From NCBI GenBank assembly GCA_019419505.1, contig DXZS01000024.1, positions 118,477 through 182,476 of the forward strand: a stretch of 64,000 nt of DNA, read 5' to 3'. Positions 62,066 to 64,000 of the stretch are shown here, piece after piece. Position 1 is the first letter of the stretch; every line of letters starts with the position of its first letter. The notes under the pieces are model-generated. The model saw only the letters and a list, made by a program, of their open reading frames with translations. It was not told the origin of the DNA and did not search any database. A program made the position numbers and the translations under genes. The stretch is from Collinsella sp. Its GTDB lineage: Bacteria; Actinomycetota; Coriobacteriia; Coriobacteriales; Coriobacteriaceae.

Positions 62066-62132
62066 AGTTGCGGTGAAATACGGACTGTTTTATGGCTTCA
62101 GGCCGCTAAACAGTCCGTATTTCACCGCAGCT
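62066..62132. repeat. REP-like palindrome family A, copy 2
   Basis: AGTTGCGGTGAAATACGGACTGTTT...AAACAGTCCGTATTTCACCGCAGCT. Confidence 0.85.
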
Positions 62133-62244
62133 TATGAGGGCCGCATGGGATGCAAAGGAGTGTCCCAAGGTGCCGGCATAAAATGAACGTCCCTATCTGC
62201 CGGGCTTGGGATACCATGGTGGCACCCTAACGAAAGGACGATGT

Positions 62245-63333
62245 ATGGCACATGTCGATGACCAGCGCGTGGCGCGCGTGCTCGATGCGCTCGAGGCTCA
62301 GCACCCCGGCGCGCAGCTGCTTGTAAACGACCCGTGGTCGATCTACTATCTGACCGGCTTTTATGCTGATATGTTCGAGCGTTTTTGCGGTGTACTACTC
62401 GCACGCGGCAGCGAGCCGGTGATCTTGGTCAACGCGCTGCATCAGTTGCCCGAGTACGACAATGCCCGTGTGGCCTATCACACCGATACCGACGTCGTGG
62501 CCGACGCCATCGCGAGTGAAATCGACCCGACCAAACCGCTCGGCATCGACACCGTCATGCGCTCCGGCTTTTTGATGCCGCTTATGGAGCGCCACGCCGC
62601 CAGCGAGTTTTTCCTGGGCGACTTTGCCGTCACCGCCGCGCGCACCCACAAAGATGCCGCCGAGCAGGAGCTCATGCGCGTGTCCTCGGCCGCCAACGAC
62701 GCCGTGATGGCCGACGCCATCAAGCTCGTCCACGAAGGTGTGACGGAGCGCGAGATTGCCGACCAGATGCTCGGCCTGTATCGTAAGCACGGCTGCGAGG
62801 GCTTTAGCTTTCCGCCCATCGTGAGCTTTGGCGCTAACGCCGGCGACCCGCACCACGAACCAGACGACACCGTGCTCAAGCGCGGCGACGTGGTGCTGTT
62901 CGACATTGGCGGACGCCGCTGCAACTACTGCTCGGACATGACGCGCACGTTCTTTTGGGGCGAGCCGGACGAAGAGACGGCGCGCATCTACGACATCGTG
63001 CGCCGCGCCAACGAAGCCGCCGAGGCGCTCATCGCGCCGGGCGTGCGCATGTGCGACCTGGACCGCGCTGCGCGCGACGTGATTGAGGATGCGGGCTATG
63101 GGCAGTACTTTACGCACCGCCTGGGACACTCGATCGGTCTGCAAGACCACGAGCCGGGCGACGTCTCACTCGTCAACGAGCAGGTCGTAGAGCCGGGCAT
63201 GACGTTCTCCATCGAGCCGGGCATCTACCTCCCCGGCCGCACCGGCGTCCGCATCGAGGACTTGGCCCTGGTGACCGAGAAGGGCGTCGAGATTCTCAAC
63301 GCCTACCCTCACGACCCATTCCGCCTAGACTAG
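62245..63333 (+). CDS. Xaa-Pro peptidase (M24B)
   Basis: PHH, FDIG, YCSDMTRT, HRLGHSIG..DHE, SIEPGIY, GVRIED. Confidence 0.92.
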   Translation: MAHVDDQRVARVLDALEAQHPGAQLLVNDPWSIYYLTGFYADMFERFCGVLLARGSEPVILVNALHQLPEYDNARVAYHTDTDVVADAIASEIDPTKPLGIDTVMRSGFLMPLMERHAASEFFLGDFAVTAARTHKDAAEQELMRVSSAANDAVMADAIKLVHEGVTEREIADQMLGLYRKHGCEGFSFPPIVSFGANAGDPHHEPDDTVLKRGDVVLFDIGGRRCNYCSDMTRTFFWGEPDEETARIYDIVRRANEAAEALIAPGVRMCDLDRAARDVIEDAGYGQYFTHRLGHSIGLQDHEPGDVSLVNEQVVEPGMTFSIEPGIYLPGRTGVRIEDLALVTEKGVEILNAYPHDPFRLD

Positions 63334-63357
63334 CCTGGTCCCCAAGCCCCCAAACTA

Positions 63358-63424
63358 AGTTGCGGTGGAATAGTTCCTGGATGGGCTGCTAGAACCCAAA
63401 AACAGGAACTATTTCACCGCAACT
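63358..63424. repeat. REP-like palindrome family A, copy 3
   Basis: AGTTGCGGTGGAATAGTTCCTG...CAGGAACTATTTCACCGCAACT. Confidence 0.85.
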
Positions 63425-63438
63425 GATGAGGGGATGGG

Positions 63439-64000
63439 CTAGCGCAGCAGGCCGGCTACTTCGCCGGCTAGGGTGATGGTGCCGGCGGCAACGAAGGACT
63501 CGCCCACGGCGTCAAAAGCCGCGAGAGCCTCGGGCACGCTAGGGTACACACCGGCAAGCTTGTTGGCGTCCACCAGGGCAGCAAGTTCCTCTGCCGGCAG
63601 GGCGCGATCGGAATCGGTCTGGGTTACGACCACACGCGGGAAGGCCGGAATCAGAACATCGACAATACCGGCCACATCCTTGTCGGCCAGTGCGGCGCAC
63701 AGCAGCGTGGGGCGATTCTCGACGCACGGATCTATCTCGTCCAGCGCGCTCACAAAGTTCTCGCAGCTCTGAGGGTTATGGCAGGCGTCGATCAGCTTGA
63801 GCGGATCGGTCACCAGCACATCAAAACGACCCGGCGTGGGGCAGCCCATAAGCGATGCATCCAGCGCATCGTGGTCGAGCTCGCGGCCCAAATACCCCTC
63901 GCACAGCATAATCGCGCACGCAGCATTCTGCGGCTGGTAGGCCGGCTTAACCATGTTTGACGTATAGATCGCACGCGGCGTGGTGCAGCTAAACTCAACC
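63439..64000 (-). CDS. folC: Folylpolyglutamate synthase/dihydrofolate synthase, C-terminal part (5' end outside the window)
   Basis: YQPQNAACA, PGRF, IDACHNP, LADKD, AGTITLAGEV. Confidence 0.88.
   Translation of the reverse strand, partial: VEFSCTTPRAIYTSNMVKPAYQPQNAACAIMLCEGYLGRELDHDALDASLMGCPTPGRFDVLVTDPLKLIDACHNPQSCENFVSALDEIDPCVENRPTLLCAALADKDVAGIVDVLIPAFPRVVVTQTDSDRALPAEELAALVDANKLAGVYPSVPEALAAFDAVGESFVAAGTITLAGEVAGLLR

Overview
High-GC window, mostly minus-strand genes, most consistent with a Coriobacteriia (Collinsella-like) chromosome; the taxon is inferred from gene content and style. Housekeeping blocks lie at both ends (dnaG-ribF-truB-DHH-rbfA-infB-nusA-rimP-leuS-guaB on the left; thrS, a GlpA-like oxidoreductase operon, an M24 peptidase and folC on the right). 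Between them are a sucrose PTS locus, a Gram-positive pel-like operon (pelD frameshifted) extended by CotH-VTC-DUF4956, a visibly AT-richer defence island (~31.8-40.7 kb) and a LoaP-led Wzx/Wzy capsule locus. The island carries RloA/RloB, an apparently complete retron, a SLATT + SMODS/AGS-C CBASS-like pair and three orphan ORFs. For the retron, the msr-msd ncRNA can be read from the sequence (a1/a2 arms, candidate branching G, 25-bp msd stem), followed by an St85/Ec86-type effector and the RT. The capsule locus encodes a glucuronyl C5-epimerase and an ATP-grasp ligase, and contains two poly-G tracts and a promoter bracketed by inverted repeats. Several REP/MITE-like palindromes lie in intergenic regions. 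All family calls come from motif recognition by eye; no searches were run.
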